Shown in pieces: positions 36,272 to 45,355 of a stretch of 62,216 nucleotides of DNA. Position numbers and translations under genes: made by a program. The DNA comes from a virus (lineage: Duplodnaviria; Caudoviricetes), in the IMG/VR virus record IMGVR_UViG_3300046357_000001, positions 1 through 62,216 of that record, one strand, 5' to 3'. Numbering within the stretch: the stretch's first letter is position 1; every line of letters starts with the position of its first letter. Below the pieces are notes generated by a model. The model worked only from the letters and a program-made list of their open reading frames with translations, was not told where the DNA came from and did not search any database.

Positions 36272-39125
36272 CGTCCATGTCCGAGATACGACAGCTAACT
36301 TTCAATACCGAGACACGCATCTGCGGGCCTTGTGTACGCGCTGTCATGTTCTTCTTAGGCATATGGGACACCGCATACGTGCCAGCCAACTGCCGCTTGA
36401 AGTCAGAATACCCGAAACTCATGGAAGAGCAATACGCTTTGAGCAGTTGTTCCTCAATATAGAAGTCAACGTGGTCTGGCGTAAAGCCGTGCTCTACACG
36501 CCCCATGATCTGTGAACGCGTTGTGGACTTGTCCACTTCCCCGCCACGGCCCAGCTCCGCCAAGATGCTGCCAGCGTTCTCACGCACAACAATGAAGTGG
36601 CCGTAGTTCTCGCGGGTAAACGAGTTCAACACATCTTCCGCGCTACGAGCGTTCGACTTGATGCTGCCGCGCATACTAGCCAAGGCTTTCTTCAAGCACG
36701 CAATGATGGGCTTGCTCGGTACATGCACGATACCCAGTTCTTTGGCAATGATGCGCCCAGTCACGATGGTGGAGATGCCGGCCATCCAGAAACGCTCGTC
36801 GTTGGTAGCCCCGAACTCTTTGTACATTGCTTCGCCAGCTTCGCGCACCATGCTCTGCAAGCTGTCTGCGTGGTCAACCATGTACTGTGCAAAAAGGTAG
36901 CCAGCCACAGCGTAGTTCTGCTGCAACGATTTCAGGAGTTCGATCTCGTACGGTTCCCACTCAAGGACGCGTGTTGGGAGAAACTCGATCAAGCGGCGCA
37001 GCTCACCTTCGGATGAGTGCTTACGCCCCCCTGTCAGGCCATCGACCACATGCGTGTTGGAAGACATGATCGCGCAGGTCATCCACGTACTGTTGTTGAT
37101 ACGCTCTTTGTTGGCGCCAGACTCCATACGCTCCTTGCCGCGGCCCTCGGTCATATCCAGCAGGAACTCAGGCAACCACTCAAAGTTAGCGCGGTTCTTA
37201 CTTGTCAGCTCGTCAGTGATGAGTGGGTGGCTGTTTAGCAAACCAAGGCGCTGTTGCATGGCAACAGGCGAAGTGCTCTTACCTGTACGGTAATGAACTG
37301 GGTGGCCCCACACAGATGCGGCGGCTTCCAAAGCCAGTGACTTACCCGTACCTGACTCGGTGGAGCCCACGTGGTACGTCATGCCGTAGATGCCGGTGAA
37401 GCGCATAAGTGGAGCGCCCATACCCGCCAACATGATCGTCAAGTGCTCCCACATTTCTTTGCGTACGTACATCTGCATGACGTCGCGCCACGCTTCGATT
37501 GAGCCCGTTGGTTTGGTGTTGTTGACGATGTTCTCAAGGCCGGGCATAGGCACAGCCAGTGGGGGTTTACCCTTAGAGAATATCTTGCCAGCGAACACAT
37601 AAGTGTTGTCTGGTTGCCAGCCGTAGTTGGCGGGGACTTTGGTTGGTGCTTTACTTGTGCTTGCTTGCTCCACAGCTGCTCTCACATAATCAAATAGGTT
37701 TTTATCGTTACCGGAACCAAACGCCGCAATGATGTTTTGGTTAGCCAATGCCTTGACCGTTTCGTCTTTACTGACGATGGCCTTTTGGGACATGGTGATC
37801 GTCTCCGCGCCTTCAGGACGGATGCTCAACATGTGTACGGTGTGTTCACCGTTGTGCTTCAGGATGTCCACCACGAACAAGTCGTGAGGAACCACCATGA
37901 TTTGGCGCTTGCTCTTGTTGCCTTCGGTGTCTTCGTCTTCCTTCTCCATGAAAACACCACCACGCGCACCGTAGGCATAGCCTTTGGGTGGGGTAGGGCG
38001 AATAACCTTGTACACGTCTTCGTGGGCGGCATCAGGAATATGCACTTCAATCTCTTTGGCTTCGGTCTCGACCAAGACTTCGCGACCTAACGCGAGGGGG
38101 TTGGTGATCTTGCCGAAGTGTGAACACCCGTCACATACGCCGGGATTCTCGCTGTCAAACTTGACGCAACCGTACGGCCCTTTGATCTCATTCAGCTTCT
38201 GGTGCATACGCTCGTGCGTGTATGGGTGCAACTCCGTCAACCAGATCGCAGCCTTCTCACCGTCCGCGCAGGGCTTGGCAATACTCAACCAGCCGCGCCA
38301 CAGGGGTTCCATGCCGTCATCACTGGCGTTGTCCACGAAGTGCTTGAGCTGGGCGCACCCCTTGCCTGCATTGGTCACCTTCAAGATGCTCTTGAACATG
38401 GTCGTGCTGTTCTCCATGAGCTTCACGCCAGTAGCGGTAACAGGCGCGTTTGACGGACGCTGGCCGGGCAAGCTCAACGCGGAGGGTGTCGCTACTGCCG
38501 CAGGCGCAATACTCGTCAACTGGCTCACCACATGAGCCTTGAGAGTTTCGAAGTCGAATATGTCGCCCTCCACCTTTAGCTTTACAGGGCGTGGGGTTTC
38601 GTACTTCTCTTTGAAGTTCACGGTGTCAGGTATGCGTAAGACGCGAGCTGCGTCAGCAGTCACGGTCATGTCGATGCTCAGCTTCTGTTGCTTACACAGG
38701 CGCTTGAAGTTCTCGGCCAAGGGTTTCCACTCAGCGATCTCAACCGCTTCCGTGAAAGGCCAGTAGCAGTGCAAGCCACCACCAGACACAACGATCCACG
38801 GCGTGCCTAGCAAGTCCAACCCTGTCTCAGCAGTGAACGTCTTGAGCGCGAACGCAGCCTTCTTCATGGACTCGTAGCCGTCCATATCAATGAACAACGC
38901 CTTGATGTAGCGTGCGTTCTCGGCCTTACGCTTCTTGGCATTGTCGAATGTAGCCAATGCAAAAAACACATCGGTCTTCTGCTCCACCCAAGTGTCTACC
39001 TTGGGGTAAAAATCCTCCAAGTTCTCAACGAACAGGTGTTCTTTTTTCTTAGTTAGCTCTGCCGTACAGTACGTCCCGTGGCCCGGAGACGGCAAAACCA
39101 CCGCTAGGAATTCAAGCGGGTTCAT
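36234..39125 (-). CDS. Primase-helicase (N-terminal primase-like domain plus DUF927/SF3-like helicase)
   Basis: FIDMD...SGGGLHCYW...RVLRIP primase motifs; ESGTGKS Walker A; ITDE Walker B; EGRGKER. Confidence 0.85.
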   Translation of the reverse strand: MNPLEFLAVVLPSPGHGTYCTAELTKKKEHLFVENLEDFYPKVDTWVEQKTDVFFALATFDNAKKRKAENARYIKALFIDMDGYESMKKAAFALKTFTAETGLDLLGTPWIVVSGGGLHCYWPFTEAVEIAEWKPLAENFKRLCKQQKLSIDMTVTADAARVLRIPDTVNFKEKYETPRPVKLKVEGDIFDFETLKAHVVSQLTSIAPAAVATPSALSLPGQRPSNAPVTATGVKLMENSTTMFKSILKVTNAGKGCAQLKHFVDNASDDGMEPLWRGWLSIAKPCADGEKAAIWLTELHPYTHERMHQKLNEIKGPYGCVKFDSENPGVCDGCSHFGKITNPLALGREVLVETEAKEIEVHIPDAAHEDVYKVIRPTPPKGYAYGARGGVFMEKEDEDTEGNKSKRQIMVVPHDLFVVDILKHNGEHTVHMLSIRPEGAETITMSQKAIVSKDETVKALANQNIIAAFGSGNDKNLFDYVRAAVEQASTSKAPTKVPANYGWQPDNTYVFAGKIFSKGKPPLAVPMPGLENIVNNTKPTGSIEAWRDVMQMYVRKEMWEHLTIMLAGMGAPLMRFTGIYGMTYHVGSTESGTGKSLALEAAASVWGHPVHYRTGKSTSPVAMQQRLGLLNSHPLITDELTSKNRANFEWLPEFLLDMTEGRGKERMESGANKERINNSTWMTCAIMSSNTHVVDGLTGGRKHSSEGELRRLIEFLPTRVLEWEPYEIELLKSLQQNYAVAGYLFAQYMVDHADSLQSMVREAGEAMYKEFGATNDERFWMAGISTIVTGRIIAKELGIVHVPSKPIIACLKKALASMRGSIKSNARSAEDVLNSFTRENYGHFIVVRENAGSILAELGRGGEVDKSTTRSQIMGRVEHGFTPDHVDFYIEEQLLKAYCSSMSFGYSDFKRQLAGTYAVSHMPKKNMTARTQGPQMRVSVLKVSCRISDMDDETRDSLSLGAD

Positions 39126-39140
39126 AGTCGTCCTTGATTT

Positions 39141-39338
39141 TTATTTGAAGAGGTCGAGCTGGGCAGGGTCGATCGGGGGGAACTCGTCGTGTGGGGCCAG
39201 TGCCGTGAAGCGGCGCAGCAACTCGTACTGCCAATCCAAAGGCATACCGTTCACCTTGGCTATCTGGTGTGCGGCCATGTTGATGAGCTCGGTGTTGCTC
39301 AGGGTGCGAGGTTGTATATCTTGCATATTTTTCTCCAT
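39141..39338 (-). CDS. Small hypothetical protein
   Basis: Packed in the operon; ends QLDLFK, resembling a sliding-clamp-binding motif. Confidence 0.6.
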   Translation of the reverse strand: MEKNMQDIQPRTLSNTELINMAAHQIAKVNGMPLDWQYELLRRFTALAPHDEFPPIDPAQLDLFK

Positions 39339-39577
39339 GCGTCGTCCGCATCACGGGCGCTCTGTAGTATTTTTAAAAGCAATTCGGCGCGTTCTTGATA
39401 GGCAGGGAAGATGTCCTTGCCCAAGAACCAGTTGTAGACAGTCTGTCGTGTCACGCCCAAGGATTTGGATACGCGCACAACAGAAAAGTCATGGTAGATG
39501 CACCAGCGGCCGAGTTGGTTGCCCAACGACTTCTGTGCGTCACCTACTTCGTTGATGAGTTTTTGTGAGTATGCCAT
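39299..39577 (-). CDS. HTH DNA-binding protein
   Basis: VVRVSKSLGVTRQTVYNWF. Confidence 0.8.
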   Translation of the reverse strand: MAYSQKLINEVGDAQKSLGNQLGRWCIYHDFSVVRVSKSLGVTRQTVYNWFLGKDIFPAYQERAELLLKILQSARDADDAWRKICKIYNLAP

Positions 39578-39586
39578 TGGTTAGGT

Positions 39587-39658
39587 GGGGTACTCAGTGC
39601 ATCAGGGGGGCAGGTTCCCATAGGGATGACAATCCATTCCGTCAACAGTGAGTACCCC
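39587..39658. ncRNA. Candidate structured intergenic element
   Basis: Perfect 10-bp closing stem ggggtactca/tgagtacccc enclosing small internal hairpins. Confidence 0.4.
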
Positions 39659-39667
39659 GAACTCTAG

Positions 39668-40642
39668 TTAGTCTTCGTCGTCCCAACCACCAACCACATC
39701 GGCCAGTGATTTCTTAGCTGGCACAGCGCTTGGGGCTTTCTCGGTCTTACGCACAGCTGGCTCGGCTTCGTCTTCCTCGGCTTCAGCCACTGGTGCTGGC
39801 TTGGCCTTGGCTTTTGCTTTCGGTGCAGGAGCCGGTGCGTCTTCCGCGTCTTCCTCAACCACAGGAGCAACGGCTGGCTTGGCTTTAGGAGCTGCGCCTT
39901 GCAATGCGTCTGCTGGCTTAGCGCCGTCAGTTGCGCCGACGTTCATCACGATGGCCTTGGCAGCATCAGGAGTCTTACCCTGCTCTTGGGCTTGGGTGTA
40001 CTCGTCGTCAGTCAACCAGCGCATAGCCTTGAAGTGAATCTTGGGAGCCTCGGCCTTGGTGTCGAACTTCATGCGGGTCACGACCATGCTGGGGTCAACA
40101 GACTGGGCGACCAACCAACGAGCGTAGGCTTGCAGGGGGCGGTTGTCGCCTTCTTCTTTGCCAAAGATCGATGTAGCTGGCAAGGCCAGTTGCATCACGT
40201 CGCCTTCGATGTCGTTAGCCAGAGCCACAGCCAAACGCTGTTGGTAACGGCAAGCACGGCTATTGCCAGTGCCTGAACCAGCGATGTTTTGCTCACAGCT
40301 CTCGCAAGTCTTAGACTGAGTGGCCTTGGCTTGTGGGCTAGGCTTGTCGCCGTCTTGTGACCAGCAGTCGGGTTGTGCGGCTGTCTCACCATCGTACTTG
40401 GCGGCGTAGAAGATACGCGACACTTTAGGTGCGGCCTTCACGATCACCACGTCAAGGAAGCGCTCGTCAATAGCGGCGATCTCTTTGCCCGAAGACATCA
40501 AGCGGAACACACCGCCCTTGATAGAGATGCGCTTGCCACCAGCTGCGCCACCACCGGCCAGAGCCTTAGCGATGTCAGACAGCTCGCCAGTACGGGCGAA
40601 TGAAGGGAGTTGTGCGGGGTTGAAAAGGGCTACGTTGCTCAT
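39668..40642 (-). CDS. Putative single-stranded DNA-binding protein
   Basis: RISIKGGVFR, Cys cluster (PDCWS...CESCEQN...RAC), A/P/K/E linker, acidic GWDDED tail. Confidence 0.65.
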   Translation of the reverse strand: MSNVALFNPAQLPSFARTGELSDIAKALAGGGAAGGKRISIKGGVFRLMSSGKEIAAIDERFLDVVIVKAAPKVSRIFYAAKYDGETAAQPDCWSQDGDKPSPQAKATQSKTCESCEQNIAGSGTGNSRACRYQQRLAVALANDIEGDVMQLALPATSIFGKEEGDNRPLQAYARWLVAQSVDPSMVVTRMKFDTKAEAPKIHFKAMRWLTDDEYTQAQEQGKTPDAAKAIVMNVGATDGAKPADALQGAAPKAKPAVAPVVEEDAEDAPAPAPKAKAKAKPAPVAEAEEDEAEPAVRKTEKAPSAVPAKKSLADVVGGWDDED

Positions 40643-40872
40643 TTGGTTTCTCCTGTGATGAAAGCGTGGAATTGTTTTGCGTGGTCGATCAACTGTGCTG
40701 GCGTCAACATGCCGCCGTTGATCTTGTGATGGGCGAGGGCTTTCTCAAGTGCAGACTCGCGTCCCCACTGTGCCGCACGGATGGTGTCTACTTCTTGCGC
40801 TGTGGAAAACGCTTCGACTTGTTCCGCCGTTGGCTCAAGAATCTCTACGGTTGGTTGTTTCTTCGTTGTCAT
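40639..40872 (-). CDS. Hypothetical protein
   Basis: 77 aa, ATGA-coupled to the SSB gene. Confidence 0.65.
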   Translation of the reverse strand: MTTKKQPTVEILEPTAEQVEAFSTAQEVDTIRAAQWGRESALEKALAHHKINGGMLTPAQLIDHAKQFHAFITGETK

Positions 40873-40875
40873 AGT

Positions 40876-41286
40876 TTACTTAGCTGAAGGTTTGCGTACC
40901 GAAATGTCATACTCCGCATTGGAGTTCAGGCCGGGCGGTACGACCCCGGGGTTTTCTTCGAGGAACTGCTTCATGTTGGTCTGCGCGATGCGCTTCTCAA
41001 ACAAGTCCAGTGCATCATGTTCAGTGACGAAAGACTTGAAGCTGTCCCAGTCGGATGTGGAGTAGCGCGTCTTCACAGACAGCACCACGGTTCCTTGGTC
41101 CGTGCGCACAGATGTCACGCCGAGCGCTTGCATCTGTTCTTTCATTGCGGTCACGACTTCTGCTTGCTGTGCCTTGATGAGTTCGACTTGGGTGTCGTAC
41201 TCGCGGGTCAGTTCAGAAACGCGGTCGCGCATCTTACGGTAGATTTTGGCCAGCTTATCCAGCGGCACTAAAGTATCTTGGCTCAT
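40876..41286 (-). CDS. Hypothetical replication-module protein
   Basis: AGGAG RBS; coiled coil followed by SVRTDQGT...DWDSF...PPGL. Confidence 0.7.
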   Translation of the reverse strand: MSQDTLVPLDKLAKIYRKMRDRVSELTREYDTQVELIKAQQAEVVTAMKEQMQALGVTSVRTDQGTVVLSVKTRYSTSDWDSFKSFVTEHDALDLFEKRIAQTNMKQFLEENPGVVPPGLNSNAEYDISVRKPSAK

Positions 41287-41363
41287 TTACTTCTCCTATG
41301 AATTTGTTTTGTTGTGTCTAAGGTTGGACAGTGTACATGTTTTTATATGTTGGGCAACTCCTT

Positions 41364-43793
41364 TTAAGATTTAATTTCTGTGTCAAACAATTGGGTTAGT
41401 AGTGAGTGGTCACTAACCTTTGTTTCTAATGCTTTAAACATCTTTTTCTCAATCGGTGAGCCTTGGATGTGGATGACAGTCACTTTGTCGGACGTCTGTC
41501 CCTTGCGGTCAGCACGCGCACAACACTGCACATATTGCTCCACAGACATCAACGGACCGTAGAACACAACCGTGTCGGCAGCAGTCAAGGTAATACCGTG
41601 AGCAGATGCTTGGGGCTGCATCACAAGGACGCGTGGGTCTGGGTCAGTCTGGAACCTACGGATGATGTCACCACGCTTGGAGGCAGGCACGTCACCACGA
41701 ATCATCTCTGCGCTGATACCTTTCTTCAATAGGTAGTTGTGGATGTTGTCGATACTACTGGTGAACAACGCGAAGACCAATACCTTGCGAGTCGTCTCTT
41801 CCAAGATTTCCTCCAGTACCGCCAAGCGAGGCGCCGCATCAAACTCAACCACTTCACCGTTGTCGGTGTAGGCAGCGCCACAACTGATCTGCAACAACTT
41901 CGATACACCCGCCGCCGCATTGACTGCACTGATAGTCTCGCCGCCAGTTTGAATCAGCATACGGTCTTTCAAATGCTCGTAGTACTTCTTCTGTTGCGGC
42001 GTCATCGGCACTTCACGCGTCATCGTCACCACAGGTGGCAGGTCCAAGCATTCAGCCTTAGTGAAACGAATGGCGGGTTGTAACGCCTCGAACACTGTGT
42101 CTCCTGCGTTAGCCTTCGGAGCCCACTTGAACATAGTGATCTTGTTCAGTACTTTGTCGCGCCATGCTGTGTAGAACTTAGGTACGTTGGTAGGGTTGAC
42201 CAGCTTGGCCAGCCCATATGCGTCAGCAGGCGACTGTGATGCAGGTGTACCAGTCATCATCCACAACAACGTCTCAGGCTTGATGATGGATGCCAGCGCC
42301 TTCCAGCGCCGAGTAGTAACGGTCTTGTATGCGTTGCAGTTGTGTACTAACCAGTGATCCCCAACAAAGTAGTTAGGTGTTCCCGCAACTTCGAGGTTGT
42401 AGACAGCTTCACCGTCTGGGCATTCGATATGCGAAACACTTTCCACCCAAGCGTTTCCAGCTTGGTCTCCTTCTTCCGGTCTTGCGCTTGGCGTGCTGTC
42501 GCTGTATGACTCCCCCCGTCCACCTCCAGCCCTATCTTGAGGTGCGGCAATGCGAAGTCGAGCTTGTAGTTCGTAGGAAAGCCTTGCTGCCTCTTTCCCA
42601 ACGCTACGGGGTAGTTCCATACCCAACCCACAGGCAAGACCTTGGAAATCAAACACTCTGTTGGAGTCATCCCCGTGCCATTGCCGCCCCGCACCTTGGG
42701 TTTGAGCCCCAGCGCCTTTGCTGCCGCTGACAGTTTCGCTCGGTGTTCCGCAGTCTTTGGCCCCGAAGGTTTCCCCCGCTGCTCGTGTGGCATTTCGCAA
42801 AAGTAGCTCTTGCTGGGGTTCAGTAAGTGCCATCTCTTCCGTGCGCAGGATTTGGAGCAGGTCTGTCCAAGCGCCTTTTGGTACTTTTGCGCCCATGTGT
42901 ACCGGGATTGTGGAAAGTGGTACTCCTGCCCGCAAACAGGACAGTTCAAGACCAGATATAAGCCGTCTACCCGTAAGATTTTTGGCACACATCCATCCAG
43001 CGTCTGTGAAGAATGGGTGCTCTGGGGTGCACCGAATTGTTTTTCCGTTTCCAAGTTTGACCTCGACAATCTGTTTAGTGGTATTGCGTACAAGCCTGTT
43101 TATACCCATTACTCCGTCAGATGTCAAGACCTTATCCCCCATTTGCAGTTGTTCTATGGGCCGTCTACCTTGTGGGGTAGCCACCAAAGTCCCTGCTACA
43201 AAGCACTCATCAACGATAACCAGATCGAACTTGCCGTTGGCGTTTATCTCATCAGCAATTAAGTTCAAGCCTTCGTAGTTGGTAATGACGAACTCATAGT
43301 TCTGTTGCACCATCTCGATACGACGCGATGCTTGTGGGTGGTGGGCGATGATCGCGCTACGGTGAATGACGCTTGCGTTCAAGTCCTGCATCCAAGCTGA
43401 CTGCATGATCGACAACGGACACAGCACAAGGACTCGTCTCACTTCACCACGTGTCATCAAGTAGTCCGCGGCCCACAATGCTGAGAGCGTCTTGCCTGTG
43501 CCGGGCTCGCTAAACACGAATGCCTTGCGGTTGAGCGTTAGGAAAGATGCTGTATCAATCTGGTGTGCCATTGGCTTGTGACGGCCGGGCCAGTTATAGC
43601 GGCGTGTGATTGGTGAAGGTACGTCCTTCACCCCTAAGTTTTTAAGCACTCGACATTCGTCTAGTCCCCAGAAAACAGCTACCTCCGCAGACCCGTCTTC
43701 GTATTGCTCGACGACTTTGCTGCGGGGAATGACTGTGTACTTTTCTGGGTTTCTAGTTCGAAGGAGCAGCGCCTTGTCTTCGATGATTTCCAT
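41364..43793 (-). CDS. SNF2-family helicase containing an intein
   Basis: EPGTGKT, VIVDE|intein|CN, MTGTP, HGITLT, ARADRKGQ. Confidence 0.9.
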   Translation of the reverse strand: MEIIEDKALLLRTRNPEKYTVIPRSKVVEQYEDGSAEVAVFWGLDECRVLKNLGVKDVPSPITRRYNWPGRHKPMAHQIDTASFLTLNRKAFVFSEPGTGKTLSALWAADYLMTRGEVRRVLVLCPLSIMQSAWMQDLNASVIHRSAIIAHHPQASRRIEMVQQNYEFVITNYEGLNLIADEINANGKFDLVIVDECFVAGTLVATPQGRRPIEQLQMGDKVLTSDGVMGINRLVRNTTKQIVEVKLGNGKTIRCTPEHPFFTDAGWMCAKNLTGRRLISGLELSCLRAGVPLSTIPVHMGAKVPKGAWTDLLQILRTEEMALTEPQQELLLRNATRAAGETFGAKDCGTPSETVSGSKGAGAQTQGAGRQWHGDDSNRVFDFQGLACGLGMELPRSVGKEAARLSYELQARLRIAAPQDRAGGGRGESYSDSTPSARPEEGDQAGNAWVESVSHIECPDGEAVYNLEVAGTPNYFVGDHWLVHNCNAYKTVTTRRWKALASIIKPETLLWMMTGTPASQSPADAYGLAKLVNPTNVPKFYTAWRDKVLNKITMFKWAPKANAGDTVFEALQPAIRFTKAECLDLPPVVTMTREVPMTPQQKKYYEHLKDRMLIQTGGETISAVNAAAGVSKLLQISCGAAYTDNGEVVEFDAAPRLAVLEEILEETTRKVLVFALFTSSIDNIHNYLLKKGISAEMIRGDVPASKRGDIIRRFQTDPDPRVLVMQPQASAHGITLTAADTVVFYGPLMSVEQYVQCCARADRKGQTSDKVTVIHIQGSPIEKKMFKALETKVSDHSLLTQLFDTEIKS
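42339..43205 (-). mobile_element. Intein (289 aa) inserted in helicase Walker B
   Basis: Block A CFVAGTLV, block B CTPEHPF, block F VYNLEV, block G LVHN, +1 residue Cys. Confidence 0.95.
42347..42988 (-). CDS. DUF559/Vsr-like PD-(D/E)xK endonuclease overprinted in the +1 frame of the helicase intein
   Basis: CPVC...CSKSC Zn site, KTAEHRAKLS (NUMOD3-like), MTPTE, YKLDFA...LEVDGGSH...DRKK...LGWKVFRI. The GTG start at 42988 is a candidate; the frame is open from 43093. Confidence 0.85.
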   Translation of the reverse strand: MPKILRVDGLYLVLNCPVCGQEYHFPQSRYTWAQKYQKALGQTCSKSCARKRWHLLNPSKSYFCEMPHEQRGKPSGPKTAEHRAKLSAAAKALGLKPKVRGGNGTGMTPTECLISKVLPVGWVWNYPVALGKRQQGFPTNYKLDFALPHLKIGLEVDGGSHTATARQAQDRKKETKLETLGWKVFRISNAQTVKLSTTSKLREHLTTLLGITG

Positions 43794-43808
43794 TGCTTCT
43801 CTCTATCT

Positions 43809-44048
43809 TTATTTGTTATCGCCTTCGTTTGCTTTCTTGGCACGCAAACGCAAATTGCCCGGAGTTGTCTTACCACCCTTGCGCAGTGGCTTGATGTGGT
43901 CGATGTCCTTACCTGCGCGGTCGATACCCTTCTTGTCAAACAACTGGCGTGCGCGTTGGCGCTCGGATTGGTCAGACCCCGGACCGGACTTGCCGGTCTC
44001 TAGGTCACGTTTGTATTCTTTTGCGTAGTCGCGTTTGCGTGTTGCCAT
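43809..44048 (-). CDS. Small HNH-motif protein
   Basis: DIDHIKPLRKGG...NLR...N. Confidence 0.75.
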   Translation of the reverse strand: MATRKRDYAKEYKRDLETGKSGPGSDQSERQRARQLFDKKGIDRAGKDIDHIKPLRKGGKTTPGNLRLRAKKANEGDNK

Positions 44049-44057
44049 GATTTACTT

Positions 44058-44720
44058 TCAGTGTTTTTTGTGGAACTCACAGCCAGTGCAAGGACACCAG
44101 CCGCAGAGCGGGGTACGTGTTGGATTCCATACATCGTTGTCGATGCACGAAGCGATACGGCTAACGCGTTCACGATACTTCCACCATTCGGAGTCCATCT
44201 CGTCAACGTTCATGCTGTGCTTAACCATATCATTCTTGACCACGAAGAGCAACGCTGAGTTGACCTTGCGGATGTGCGGGAAGTGCTTGAATACCATCAC
44301 TGACATGAGGCGTAGCTGGTCACGGTCTGGGTACTTGTTGTTACCCGTCTTGTAGTCCACCACCCATGCAGTCAGGTTCTCGTCATCAATGATGAGCAAG
44401 TCGGCTACGCCCCTCACCCATGCATCTTTGGCAAACCATTCAGTCGGTGTCAGGTCTTCCTTCAGTGTCATCTTGTACTCAGCCAACTTGCGGCCGGGCT
44501 TGTTGATGAGCGCATCGAGCGTGTCCTTAACAAACTCAAACTGCTTGGGCAGCGGTGTGCCCTCACCTACGTAGAGTTCGGCTGCCTTGTGCAGCTCGTT
44601 ACCGTAGCGCGTAGCCTCGGTCTCCACGAATGGGTGCATCTTCAGAATACGTGTGGCGTGATACTTCCGCGCACACTGCTCAAACTCCTTGAGCGATGAA
44701 TGTGACCATGATATTTTCAT
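44058..44720 (-). CDS. Cas4-like/PD-(D/E)xK exonuclease
   Basis: WSHSSL...C, GNELH, RGVAD, VDYKTG, QL, CGWCPCTGC. Confidence 0.85.
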   Translation of the reverse strand: MKISWSHSSLKEFEQCARKYHATRILKMHPFVETEATRYGNELHKAAELYVGEGTPLPKQFEFVKDTLDALINKPGRKLAEYKMTLKEDLTPTEWFAKDAWVRGVADLLIIDDENLTAWVVDYKTGNNKYPDRDQLRLMSVMVFKHFPHIRKVNSALLFVVKNDMVKHSMNVDEMDSEWWKYRERVSRIASCIDNDVWNPTRTPLCGWCPCTGCEFHKKH

Positions 44721-45037
44721 AAGTTTCCTGCTGGGTGAAGAATTCGTTTTGCGGTTATGTAGGCAGCATGGGCTTCTTCGGCGGTATCAAAATATCCCAA
44801 GTGCTTTCGCTTCCCATCAACCTTGATGAAAGAAATAAAACGCTTGTGTCGTTTGTGCCAACTAGCGCCTAGTAGTTGCGTTGACTTGTTCTTCGGGCGG
44901 TACGCTTTTTGATTCTGTCCGTTCAACTTGTGGTTGGAAAGGCGTAGGTTCTTAAAGCGGTTATCAAGTGGGTTTCCGTTGATATGGTCAATCATTTCTG
45001 TAGGCCACACCCCCGTCTCAAACAACCAAACAATCTT
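44717..45037 (-). pseudogene. 5'-truncated HNH-AP2 homing endonuclease
   Basis: An in-frame stop directly precedes KIVWLFETGVWP; then IDHINGNPLDNRFKNLR and AP2-like HLGYFDTAEEAHAAY. Only a TTG or internal ATG start is available. Confidence 0.65.
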
Positions 45038-45041
45038 TTAT

Positions 45042-45344
45042 TCAAAACCTCGCAGTCTGGATTGCTTTGGTCAGTCGGTTGGCAAAGCCAGTGACGAACC
45101 GTTCGTTTTTGTTTAAGGTATCCATCCCCATGTCCTCAAGGATGGCGTGTGTCAGCTCATGCCAGAACGTGTCCGCAATCGCTTCGGGCTTGTACACCCT
45201 GCCGGTCACGTTGCTACGTTGGCCTATCGTGATGCACTTGGTAGGGTAGTTGACATCCCCCATGCGCCCACGCTGGGCCATAGCCTCAACGATCTCAACC
45301 GAGTAGTGCTTATTGCCCACTCGAACTTTTCTTGGTAGCTTCAT
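45042..45344 (-). CDS. Small HExxH metallopeptidase-like protein
   Basis: DTFWHELTHAIL...NERFV, AAGGAG RBS. Confidence 0.75.
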   Translation of the reverse strand: MKLPRKVRVGNKHYSVEIVEAMAQRGRMGDVNYPTKCITIGQRSNVTGRVYKPEAIADTFWHELTHAILEDMGMDTLNKNERFVTGFANRLTKAIQTARF

Positions 45345-45355
45345 TTGCTTTCTCC

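Noticed and set aside
43809-44048. Small HNH protein as another homing endonuclease
   Set aside because: Only 79 aa with no DNA-binding extension; more likely a resident gene of the replication module.
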